Part shown: positions 11,801 to 20,116 of the stretch, piece after piece | Position numbering within the stretch: the stretch's first letter is position 1 | How the letters are laid out: each line of letters opens with the position of its first letter | NCBI GenBank assembly: GCA_021833245.1 | Contig: JAKBGA010000003.1 | Coordinates: 1-35,656, forward strand | Direction of reading: 5' to 3' | From: a bacterium | GTDB taxonomy: Bacteria > Patescibacteriota > Minisyncoccia > Phycocordibacterales > Phycocordibacteraceae | DNA length: 35,656 bases | Notes under the pieces: generated by a model | What the model was told of the DNA's origin: nothing | The model's input: only the letters and a program-made list of their open reading frames with translations | The model's database searches: none | Translations under genes and position numbers: made by a program

Positions 11801-12078
11801 AGTTTGATCGTCGCCTTTATTGGCGCTTCGTACGTACGCATATTCTCGCGTGCGAAATCCTCGTCATATTTTGGTTCTCCAACCTCGAAACTCTCAAACT
11901 GAAGTTCAAATTTCTTACCAGAGTAATCGGTGATCGGTGAAAATTCTTTAAAAAGCTCGGTAAGGCCATCTTTAAGAAGCCAGTTAAACGAGCCACGTTG
12001 ATGCCCAACGAGATCCGGGAACGGAACGCGTGGCGCCCGAAACGCACCAAAGGTCTTTTGAACGAGATTCTTACGCAT
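8899..12078 (-). CDS. rpoB: RNA polymerase beta subunit
   Basis: [61 protein letters not shown]. Confidence 0.99.
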   Translation of the reverse strand: [1059 protein letters not shown]

Positions 12079-12223
12079 GTGATTGTCAGCGTGATAGTGA
12101 ATAAAAAATAAAAATATATAAACGCGAATGCACGAAGACTTATCCTCGCTTATGCGTTTTTACAATTCCCGTATGAATTTCTGTATTCCCGCCCTCCGCT
12201 ACTCACTCGTATCTTGTGTTTTC

Positions 12224-12252
12224 ACTGTATCAACCCTTTTCCATTTGTGCAA
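12224..12252 (-). promoter_or_regulatory. Putative sigma-70 promoter of rpoB operon (TTGCAC-N17-TACAGT, TG-extended)
   Basis: Minus strand TTGCAC (12252-12247), 17-nt spacer ending TGA, then TACAGT (12229-12224); implies a ~140-nt leader. Confidence 0.55.
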
Positions 12253-12396
12253 GTGATAATTTGAATTTGAGAACTAATTGATATCCTTTATCCAAAGGAA
12301 TATGGAAGGATACGGAGAAAATGAGTGTGGTTATTACTAACGGAATCAGCAGATTACTGGTCTAAAAATTCACCTTCACAGCGCGCCGCATAGTAT

Positions 12397-13041
12397 TTAC
12401 GTGTTTTTTCTCCATCTATCAATGTTTGCGTGATGACCAGTTTTGAGAACATTAGGAACGCGATATCTTTTCTTTTTATACGAAATGGTTTCTGGACGGG
12501 TATAGACCGCACTTGAAGCAATACGCCGCTCCTCGACTGATGCATCCTTGCCAAGAACGCCTGGTAGACGACGTGTGATTGCATCAACGATAGCGAGCGT
12601 TGGTACTTCCCCACCTGTATAGGTGGCCTCGCCAATCGCGAATTCTTTTATTGACGTAATTGTCTTCAAAATCTTTTTCGCACGTTCATCAATACCCTCA
12701 TAACGGCCACATATCAAAACGACATCTTGATATTTCGTGAGTATATCGGCGTCTTTATTTGTAAATTGCTTACCGCTCGGACTAAGCCAGATAATTATTT
12801 TCTTTTTTTTGCTCATTAGAGATCTTTTTACCGCTTTAATAACAGGCATCGCCTGCATAACCATTCCAGGGCCGCCACCATAAGGACGTCCGTCTACCTT
12901 CCCCCATTTGTTCTTAACAAAATCGCGCGGATTCTGATATTTGATTTCAAATTTCCCTTCCTTCCGCGCGCGACCAATGATCGACGTCGAGAGATATGCG
13001 TCGCACGCTTCTGGAAATAAGGTGACTATGTGGAACCTCAC
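12397..13041 (-). CDS. trmD: tRNA (guanine37-N1)-methyltransferase
   Basis: TLFPE, VDGRPYGGGPGMVM, LSPSGK, CGRYEGIDER, TGGEVP, YTRP; in an rpsP-khpA-trmD cluster. Confidence 0.96.
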   Translation of the reverse strand: MRFHIVTLFPEACDAYLSTSIIGRARKEGKFEIKYQNPRDFVKNKWGKVDGRPYGGGPGMVMQAMPVIKAVKRSLMSKKKKIIIWLSPSGKQFTNKDADILTKYQDVVLICGRYEGIDERAKKILKTITSIKEFAIGEATYTGGEVPTLAIVDAITRRLPGVLGKDASVEERRIASSAVYTRPETISYKKKRYRVPNVLKTGHHANIDRWRKNT

Positions 13042-13346
13042 ATCATTACAGCCCCCTCGCTGGTCTGGTCAATAATCTTTGTTTCCGATTCTCGTTTGCC
13101 GCCAACAGGTTCATTGATTTTTAAGTTCACCCGCGCATTACCCTTCATACCGATGACTCTAAGCAATATGCGCAATGCTTCAGCAGTCTTCCCGCTCTTA
13201 CCGATAATCTTCCCCATGTCTTCGGGGTGAACAATAAGCGTAAGTAGAACGCCCATTTGATCGATGGTACGCGTCGTTTCGACTGACTCTGGATGATCAA
13301 CGAGCGCTTTTACTACGTATTCAAGAAATGCTTGATCTGGTTCCAT
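13038..13346 (-). CDS. khpA: KH-domain RNA-binding protein KhpA/YlqC
   Basis: FLEYVVKALVDHPE..V..DMGKIIGKSGKTAEALR (GxxG loop); typical position after rpsP. Confidence 0.9.
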   Translation of the reverse strand: MEPDQAFLEYVVKALVDHPESVETTRTIDQMGVLLTLIVHPEDMGKIIGKSGKTAEALRILLRVIGMKGNARVNLKINEPVGGKRESETKIIDQTSEGAVMM

Positions 13347-13380
13347 AAAGTTATTTTAACACTTCCATTCAAAAACGAAG

Positions 13381-13716
13381 TTACGCGGCGAAGGTAGCTT
13401 CAGCTGGAGCTGGCGCGGTGGTTTCAATGACTTCTTTCCGCTGTGGTGTCTTTTTTGGAAGCACATTCACTTTCTTCCCCGTCACAACACCTTTTGTGAT
13501 GAGAAGATTTCGAATAGAATCAGTCGGTTGAGCGCCTTTGACTATCCACTCCTTCACACGCGCCTCATCAAGTGTAAGCGCCTTACTTCTCGGGTTGTAA
13601 GTGCCGAGTAATTCGACGATATTGCCAGCCTTTGCTGCGCGCTCTTTCTCCAAAAGCACAATACGAAACGCCGGATCATTGGTCCGGCCGATGCGTTGGA
13701 ATCGAATCATCAACAT
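13381..13716 (-). CDS. rpsP: 30S ribosomal protein S16
   Basis: MLMIRFQRIGR..PAFRIV..ELLGTYNP..WIVKGAQPTD. Confidence 0.96.
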   Translation of the reverse strand: MLMIRFQRIGRTNDPAFRIVLLEKERAAKAGNIVELLGTYNPRSKALTLDEARVKEWIVKGAQPTDSIRNLLITKGVVTGKKVNVLPKKTPQRKEVIETTAPAPAEATFAA

Positions 13717-13723
13717 GCAGACG

Positions 13724-13756
13724 ACTATAGCAGAAGCTTGCTAATATTGCTAGAGT
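13724..13756. promoter_or_regulatory. Divergent extended -10 promoters of rpsP (TGcTATAGT, minus) and rnr (TGcTAGAGT, plus)
   Basis: -10 hexamers at 13729-13724 (7 nt from rpsP ATG) and 13751-13756 (8 nt from rnr ATG). Confidence 0.55.
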
Positions 13757-13764
13757 ACGGAGTA

Positions 13765-15720
13765 ATGTCAGTTAATACTGTAACTGTATATGAGGGTCCT
13801 ATAACGATGACTCGGAAAGGTTTCGGCTTCTTCTTTATCGGAAGTGATAAAGAAGACTTATTCATTCCACCAGAATGGACCAATCACGCGCTCGCAGGCG
13901 ACACCGTAAGAATCACGCCAGTGGGCAACTACCACGATCCTTCGGGTAGGATGCCGCCGCGAGAGGCTGGAAAAGTCGTCGAGATTGTCGCGCGGGCGCG
14001 CGAGACTTTTGTTGGCTCGCTTATTGAAGAGCGTGGCACGACGCTCCTTGCTCCTGATTATAAAAAAATGTATGTGCCGATAGAAGTGCGTAATACGAAA
14101 GGCGCACGACTTGGTTACAAAGTGCTCGTCCGGATGAAAGGGTGGGAAAAGGGTGCCATGATTCCTTGGGGTGTCGTCGAGGAAATTATCGGCAAGGCTG
14201 GCGTGCACGAGACAGAAATGCGCGCACTGGCCTTGGGCCAAGGATTCTCAAGTGACTTCTCTCCCGGCGTTCAGGCCGAAGCGAAACATCTTGAAGAAGA
14301 AGGTCGTACACTGCTCGCGAAAGAAGCGACAAATAAGAAGCGGCGTGACTTCAGAAATGTTGCAACGTGCACTATCGATCCGTCTGACGCGAAAGATTTT
14401 GATGATGCCCTTTCGGTGCGCAAACTTGGGGACGGGAATATCGAAGTCGGTGTCCACATTGCCGATGTCTCTTTTTTTGTGAGGCCAGACAGTGAACTTG
14501 ACAAAGAGGCTATTGCGCGCGCAACAAGTGTGTATCTCGTCGATCGTACCATCCCGATGCTCCCTGAAATTCTTTCGAATGATCTCTGCTCGCTCAAACC
14601 GGATGAAGACCGACTCGCGGTTTCCGCGGTCTTCACACTCGATTGTGAGGCAAACATAAAGAGCACTTGGTTTGGCGAAACCGTCATACACTCTGATAAG
14701 CGCTTTACTTATGAAAATGCGCAGGAGGTACTTGATATGGGCACTGGCACACTGCACGCCGAACTCTCAATCCTTCTTGAGCTTTCAAAAAAGATTCGTG
14801 CACATCGCCAGGCGAAGGGCGCTATCGAATTCGATACTGCTGAAGTAAAGGTCGAACTCAATACTGAAGGCAAACCCACTGCCATCCGCCTAAAAGAACG
14901 TAGGGCGACCAATCTTCTCATCGAGGACTTTATGCTACTTGCGAATGAGGCTGTAGCGAAGCATCTCTCCGAACTAACCAAAAATGGCGGTCCACATTTT
15001 TATTCGCTCTATCGCATCCATGACGCCCCAGACGCCGACCGTATCGAAAACCTCGCAAATCTTCTACGCGCCATAGGCTACCACCTAAAAACTTCAGGTA
15101 AAGGCATAGTCACTGGCACGGAATTGAATAAACTACTCGAAGCGGTGAAAGGCAAACCCGAGGAATATCTTGTGAAAACCGCAACCCTACGCGCAATGAG
15201 CAAGGCAATCTATGCAACGCGCAATATCGGACATTTCGGCCTCGCCTTCGACTACTACACGCACTTCACCTCGCCAATTCGGCGTTATCCCGACCTCATC
15301 ATTCATCGGCTCGTGAAAGCGCACTCGGGTGGCAACCCGATTACCAAAAAAGAAATGCAGGAATTTGACAAACTTGCGCTGCACGCCTCTGAACGCGAGG
15401 TCGCGGCAGCCGATGCTGAGCGTGATTCGATCAAGATGAAGCAGGTGGAGTTTCTCTCTGGACGTATCGGTGAAACATTTGATGCACTCATTTCGGGCGT
15501 CACAGAGCGTGGTCTCTATGTTGAAGAACAAACAACACATGCCGATGGCATGATTCGTATCCGAGACGTGGGTGATGATTATTTCGAATATGATGAAAAG
15601 CACTACCGTCTCGTCGGCCGGCGTACCAACAAGATCTACCAACTCGGTGATCCAATCAAAGTTAAGCTGGCCGCCGCACGCATTCCAGAAAAAGAGTTGG
15701 ATTTTGTACCAATATTATAA
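13765..15720 (+). CDS. rnr: Ribonuclease R (RNB family), compact form
   Basis: Cold-shock domains (KGFGF, ALAGDTV), catalytic TIDPSDAKDFDDALS, YTHFTSPIRRYPDL, C-terminal S1 domain. Start moved to ATG 13765 to avoid overlap with rpsP. Confidence 0.93.
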   Translation: MSVNTVTVYEGPITMTRKGFGFFFIGSDKEDLFIPPEWTNHALAGDTVRITPVGNYHDPSGRMPPREAGKVVEIVARARETFVGSLIEERGTTLLAPDYKKMYVPIEVRNTKGARLGYKVLVRMKGWEKGAMIPWGVVEEIIGKAGVHETEMRALALGQGFSSDFSPGVQAEAKHLEEEGRTLLAKEATNKKRRDFRNVATCTIDPSDAKDFDDALSVRKLGDGNIEVGVHIADVSFFVRPDSELDKEAIARATSVYLVDRTIPMLPEILSNDLCSLKPDEDRLAVSAVFTLDCEANIKSTWFGETVIHSDKRFTYENAQEVLDMGTGTLHAELSILLELSKKIRAHRQAKGAIEFDTAEVKVELNTEGKPTAIRLKERRATNLLIEDFMLLANEAVAKHLSELTKNGGPHFYSLYRIHDAPDADRIENLANLLRAIGYHLKTSGKGIVTGTELNKLLEAVKGKPEEYLVKTATLRAMSKAIYATRNIGHFGLAFDYYTHFTSPIRRYPDLIIHRLVKAHSGGNPITKKEMQEFDKLALHASEREVAAADAERDSIKMKQVEFLSGRIGETFDALISGVTERGLYVEEQTTHADGMIRIRDVGDDYFEYDEKHYRLVGRRTNKIYQLGDPIKVKLAAARIPEKELDFVPIL

Positions 15721-15776
15721 TCGTCGGAGCTCCATACACATTGATATAGAACCATGTCGCTAAAATGGAGTGACGA

Positions 15777-17948
15777 TTATTTCGCTACCTGCACTGCCTC
15801 CTCAAACTTGACGGAAAGAAGCTTGGAGATGCCGTCGGCACCCATCGTAACGCCATAAAGAATATTCATACGGCTCATAGTCTCACGATTATGCGTTATG
15901 ACGATGAGTTGCGACTTCTTCGCAAGATTCTCAATCATGTCGCCATAACGGCGGCTGTTGGCCTCGTCAAGTGCAGCATCGGTCTCATCCAATATCAAAA
16001 ATGGCGGTGGATTCACAAGGCTCATTGCGAAAATAAGCGCGATACTTGTCAAGGCACGCTCACCACCCGATAGTTGCATTAACGAGCGCACCTTCTTTTT
16101 TGGTAGGTTAACGACGATTTCTATCCCCGGCTGTTCTTGCTCTTCTGAAGTTTCGTCGCTGGACCCCTCGAGCATGAGCTGTGCACTGCCACCGCCGAAC
16201 ATAAGAGCAAAATATTCGTTGAACGACGCGTTGACCTGCGCGAGCCCTTCGGAGAAATGTTTCGAGAGTTCAACATCCAGGTTGCGAATAAGTTCACCGA
16301 GACCTGCTGCTGACTTTGCAAGATCTTCAAGCTCAGTACCGAGAAACACCTCTCGCGCGGAGACCTCTTTATATTCGTGTCGAATATCTTCGCCCGTACC
16401 TCCTGCCTCTTCCAAACGGATCTTCATACGTTCAAGCGAATGGTGACGATCTTCTTGTACCTTGCGCTCTTCATCCGGCAACATGGAAAGTGGCGCGTAG
16501 GAAACTGCGGCCACACCAGCGAATGCGAGCACCTCACTCTTTTCACGTTCAAGTGTTTCAGAGAGAAGTATAATTCCACGTTCATGCGCTTCACATTGCG
16601 CAACCTTACCTTCCTCACGCGCCTTCGTCTGCGCTAGATCAAATACACGGCGATGCAATTCGCGACCCGTCTCTTCATGCGCGGTCAGCGCTTCACGATT
16701 TCGTGCGAGCGCAGACTTCGTACGCTCAAGCTCTTCGGAAAGCTTAGTTTCTTTTGCAAGGAGCTCTGTCCGCTCATTCTCAAGCGTGTAAACGGTGCGT
16801 TCCTCATCAGCGAGAAGATCATCCGTTGGCGCAACAAATCGATCCACGAATGATCTGATCGCTTTGTGTATCGCCGAAATCGCCGCAATAAGCGCATCTG
16901 CCGACGTATTTGTCTCTTCTTTCTGCCTATCAACTTCCTGCGCGAGTGCGATAATATCCTCCCGCGGCACCTTCGCATACGGTTCGCGTATGATTCGCTT
17001 GGAATGCTCCTTGGCAGCCGCAAGTGCACCTTCGACTCGGCCGATATCATGCGCGAGCGTTGCGCGTTCGGTATTGATACGTTCGATATCGTGTTCCATG
17101 GTTCGTACAAGCGCAAGATATTTTGCGCTTTCAAAGTCTACCGTTGCACGTTTCTCTATTTCTGAAAGTTCAGCGGTTGCAGAAGCAAGTCGCTCCGCCG
17201 CACCCTGTTTCTCCCTAGCGCGGATTAGCTTTTCCCGCGTCAAATACGCGTCCTCAACTGCAAAATAAGTCTGCGCAAGACTAATAAGCTCGATGCGTAG
17301 CAAATCGGCACGTTCAAGCTTTTTAACCTGATTTTCGAGAAACCGCAGGTGCGGTGTGAGCTCTCTTCGGAGAGAATTGACCTGTGCTATATTCTCCTCA
17401 GTTTTCGTCAACTTTTTCTGCGCCTCATTCTTCTTGAATTCATAAATCTTGAGCCCGAGCGCATCCTCGATCATGGAACGCCGCTCGCTCGGAGAGGTGA
17501 TCAATATCCTGTCTGCCTCCCCTTGTGAGATGATGTGATGACCCGTTTCACCAATATTCGCCCCAGCCAAAAGTTCCTCAATATCACGCAAACGCACACG
17601 CGAACCATTAACTGAATATTCACTTGTCCCATCACGGAAAACCGCACGTTCAATTACCACTTCATCGAAGTCAATCTTGAACGAACGATGAGAATTATCG
17701 AACACAATAGAAACCGCCGCACGGTTAGCGCGCGGCATTGAATGCGAACCTCCCCAAATAAGGTCCTCCGCGCGTTTGCCACGCATGCTCTTCATCGATT
17801 GTTCTCCGAGCGCAAAACGAAATGCTTCGGCAACATTACTTTTTCCTGAACCATTCGGGCCGACAATAGCAGTCGTCACACTTGCAAAATCCAAGACCGT
17901 CTTTTTGGCAAATGACTTAAATCCAACGATCTCCAGCCGCTTGAGCAT
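15777..17948 (-). CDS. smc: Short SMC-family ATPase (723 aa), no recognisable hinge
   Basis: GFKSFA, Walker A GPNGSGKSN, Q-loop ISQG, signature LSGGE, Walker B LDETDAALD, ITHN; coiled coils between the head halves; downstream of rnc. Confidence 0.85.
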   Translation of the reverse strand: MLKRLEIVGFKSFAKKTVLDFASVTTAIVGPNGSGKSNVAEAFRFALGEQSMKSMRGKRAEDLIWGGSHSMPRANRAAVSIVFDNSHRSFKIDFDEVVIERAVFRDGTSEYSVNGSRVRLRDIEELLAGANIGETGHHIISQGEADRILITSPSERRSMIEDALGLKIYEFKKNEAQKKLTKTEENIAQVNSLRRELTPHLRFLENQVKKLERADLLRIELISLAQTYFAVEDAYLTREKLIRAREKQGAAERLASATAELSEIEKRATVDFESAKYLALVRTMEHDIERINTERATLAHDIGRVEGALAAAKEHSKRIIREPYAKVPREDIIALAQEVDRQKEETNTSADALIAAISAIHKAIRSFVDRFVAPTDDLLADEERTVYTLENERTELLAKETKLSEELERTKSALARNREALTAHEETGRELHRRVFDLAQTKAREEGKVAQCEAHERGIILLSETLEREKSEVLAFAGVAAVSYAPLSMLPDEERKVQEDRHHSLERMKIRLEEAGGTGEDIRHEYKEVSAREVFLGTELEDLAKSAAGLGELIRNLDVELSKHFSEGLAQVNASFNEYFALMFGGGSAQLMLEGSSDETSEEQEQPGIEIVVNLPKKKVRSLMQLSGGERALTSIALIFAMSLVNPPPFLILDETDAALDEANSRRYGDMIENLAKKSQLIVITHNRETMSRMNILYGVTMGADGISKLLSVKFEEAVQVAK

Positions 17949-17978
17949 TACATACTATTGTACCAAAAGAAAAAATGG

Positions 17979-18671
17979 TCAGGACCACCGCAAGGTCATA
18001 AGTCCTGCCTCAGCAGCGGATTGTTCTGCCTCCTGTTTGCTCTTCCCTTCTCCTCGAGCTATTTCTTCTGTGCCAATGAAAACACCGACGGTAAATAGTT
18101 TTGCATGATCCGGACCTTCCTCGGAAAGCGTCTCGTATGATGGCGTAATTCCATGCTTTTCTTGTGCGATCTCTTGGAAACGACTCTTGGCGTCTTGGTA
18201 TGAGCGCTTCGCGATGACATCGTCAATCTTTCCGTAAAGATTCTTCGCAATAAATGCTTCGGCAGCTTCGAATCCTTGATCAAGATACACTGCACCTATA
18301 ATTGCTTCGTGAGCATCTGCAAGTATTACATCGCGCGCACGGCCTTTATCACGTGATTCGCCCTTAGAAAGTAAAAGAAATTCATTGACACCAAGTGCTT
18401 GCGCACTTTCGGCAAGCGATATGGTATTTACAAGTGCTGCACGATAGCTCGTAAGCTCACCTTCAGATCCTGAGGGAAATTTCTTAAACAAGAAGGCGGT
18501 CACTGCAAGTTCGAGGACTGCATCACCAAGAAACTCAAGTCTCTCGTTGTGATTTCCTGTATATTCACGATGTTCATTGAGATAGGAACGATGCGTCAAT
18601 GCCTCGATCAGAAGATCGTGGTTTTTAAACGAAAGATTGTGTCGTTTTGCAAAGGCAAGAAAATCAGGCAT
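17979..18671 (-). CDS. rnc: Ribonuclease III
   Basis: ALTHRSY..NERLEFLGDAVL signature; C-terminal dsRBD (DAKSRFQE..GKSKQEAEQSAA). Confidence 0.97.
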   Translation of the reverse strand: MPDFLAFAKRHNLSFKNHDLLIEALTHRSYLNEHREYTGNHNERLEFLGDAVLELAVTAFLFKKFPSGSEGELTSYRAALVNTISLAESAQALGVNEFLLLSKGESRDKGRARDVILADAHEAIIGAVYLDQGFEAAEAFIAKNLYGKIDDVIAKRSYQDAKSRFQEIAQEKHGITPSYETLSEEGPDHAKLFTVGVFIGTEEIARGEGKSKQEAEQSAAEAGLMTLRWS

Positions 18672-19587
18672 GTGTACTGATACTTTGGCTTTTCACACCA
18701 CTTGTGCGGTCGAGAAGATTTTGAACTGCCACCGTGACGATGGGGAGCATATCATCATAAAAATTTAGGTCAATGATGTCTTGAAGACGAAACCATTTCG
18801 CGTCATCCAGTCCGCCACTTTTCTTGAGTGTGAGCGGTTCAAAGTCGCAGAAGGCAAGAAAGAACCATACATGTTTACGTATCTTTCCTTTCTCTGGATG
18901 CGAGGCGATGTATTCATTCTCGCCGACCTGATTCTCTACCGTGGCAATCAAGCCGAGTTCTTCTTTAATGACACGTGCCACTCCTATCTGAGGGGTGGCG
19001 TCCTGCTCAATATGACCTTTCGAGAGGGTCCATCTGCCGAAAACATCATGCACGAGTGCAAGGTAGTATTGTCCATCATGTTTTGCATAAACGATTGCAC
19101 CGCCCATTTTCTCCATAGGAAGATCTTCTCGCTTCATTTTATTCCCCCCCTGTTCAGCCTTCCCAGGCTCACCAAGCTCTTTATATACGGCACCGAGAAC
19201 ACCATTGATAAAACGACCTGATGAGTCTCCGCCGAATGTTTTCGCAAGTTCTATGGCTTCATTTATGGCAACCTTCGCCGGTACTTGACTTCGATCGGCG
19301 AAAAGAAGTTCGTAAAGTCCGAGACGTAAAATGTTTCGATCAATTGGGGCAATACGTTCAAGAGGCCACTCGGGAGCAGCTTTTTCAATAACAAGATCAA
19401 TGTCTTCTTTCTTGGCAAGCACGCCCGCAAGGAGATGCTCCATAAATGACTGATCAATATCGCCGCTACCAAACTCTACGATATTGCGTGTAAGAATCGC
19501 AGCGGCATCCACATCATTCGCGTGAATTGTGTCCCATTCGAAAAGCGTCTGTAAAACAATGGAGCGTGCTAAATGTCGATTTGCCAT
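18664..19587 (-). CDS. nusB: Antitermination factor NusB fused to a C-terminal Nudix-fold domain
   Basis: RHLAR..LQTLFEWD, WPLERIAPIDRNILRLG, VAINEAIELAKTFG..FINGVLG, followed by a Nudix-like WTLSKGHIE..ARVIKEELGL..AKWF. Confidence 0.9.
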   Translation of the reverse strand: MANRHLARSIVLQTLFEWDTIHANDVDAAAILTRNIVEFGSGDIDQSFMEHLLAGVLAKKEDIDLVIEKAAPEWPLERIAPIDRNILRLGLYELLFADRSQVPAKVAINEAIELAKTFGGDSSGRFINGVLGAVYKELGEPGKAEQGGNKMKREDLPMEKMGGAIVYAKHDGQYYLALVHDVFGRWTLSKGHIEQDATPQIGVARVIKEELGLIATVENQVGENEYIASHPEKGKIRKHVWFFLAFCDFEPLTLKKSGGLDDAKWFRLQDIIDLNFYDDMLPIVTVAVQNLLDRTSGVKSQSISTHA

Positions 19588-19658
19588 GAAAAGATCTGTG
19601 CGTGCAGTATAACAAATCCCACGACCACACAACACGTTCCATGGGGGACAAAGACGTT

Positions 19659-20015
19659 CTACGCTCCGCCACCAAAACCACTGCGCGCCTTCGGTCGTCC
19701 ACCCGTCGCAACCTTGCCAGAAATTCCCCTTGAACTTTTCGCATCAGCGCTCGCATGTTCCGTATGCGCATGTTCATGCGTATGCTGTTCACCCGTGGGC
19801 TCTGTCGAAGGCCCTTTCACTTTCGTCGTATGTGTACGCATTACTTTTGCAGGTGCAATCTGTTTACCACGATACATACCGGTCACTTCATCAAGGTGAT
19901 GCGGGAGACGGAGATTCCCACTTTCTTTATCTTTTATTATTTTTGTCGCTGAGAGTGCGTGGTGTGACCGACGGTTACCCGTGTGACCTCTTGTATGGCG
20001 CATGCGAATTGACAT
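19659..20015 (-). CDS. rpmF: 50S ribosomal protein L32 (Cys-less) with long His-rich/basic C-terminal extension
   Basis: MRHTRGHTGNRRSHHAL..LPHHLDEVTGMYRGKQI. TGgTAGAAT 7 nt upstream supports ATG 20015. Confidence 0.85.
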   Translation of the reverse strand: MSIRMRHTRGHTGNRRSHHALSATKIIKDKESGNLRLPHHLDEVTGMYRGKQIAPAKVMRTHTTKVKGPSTEPTGEQHTHEHAHTEHASADAKSSRGISGKVATGGRPKARSGFGGGA

Positions 20016-20040
20016 ATGTTTCATTCTACCATGAAGCGAA

Positions 20041-20073
20041 TAAAATTAAAAGGGCCGCTTTTGTGAGCGGCCC
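20041..20073 (-). terminator. Intrinsic terminator downstream of ORF 20117-20371
   Basis: GGGCCGCT-cacaaa-AGCGGCCC followed by TTTTAATTTTA on the minus strand. Confidence 0.75.
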
Positions 20074-20116
20074 GTTGCGCCCATCCCTTATGGGGACTCG
20101 GCACAACTTATTAGAG

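Noticed and set aside
9647-11902. Long antisense ORFs opposite rpoB (likewise opposite smc, dnaE, rnr and others)
   Set aside because: Shadow frames of conserved genes with no independent motifs or start signals
12282-12312. Imperfect hairpin downstream of trmD
   Set aside because: AT-rich, bulged and without a clear U-tract
13696-13764. Longer N-termini in the ORF track (rnr; also rpoD, nusB, gyrB, DsbA-like, GT2)
   Set aside because: Extensions overlap neighbouring genes or the -10 elements; downstream ATGs fit the family N-termini
15721-15776. Possible bidirectional terminator between convergent rnr and smc
   Set aside because: Only short interrupted arms (TCGTC/GACGA, CTCCAT/ATGGAG) around a large loop
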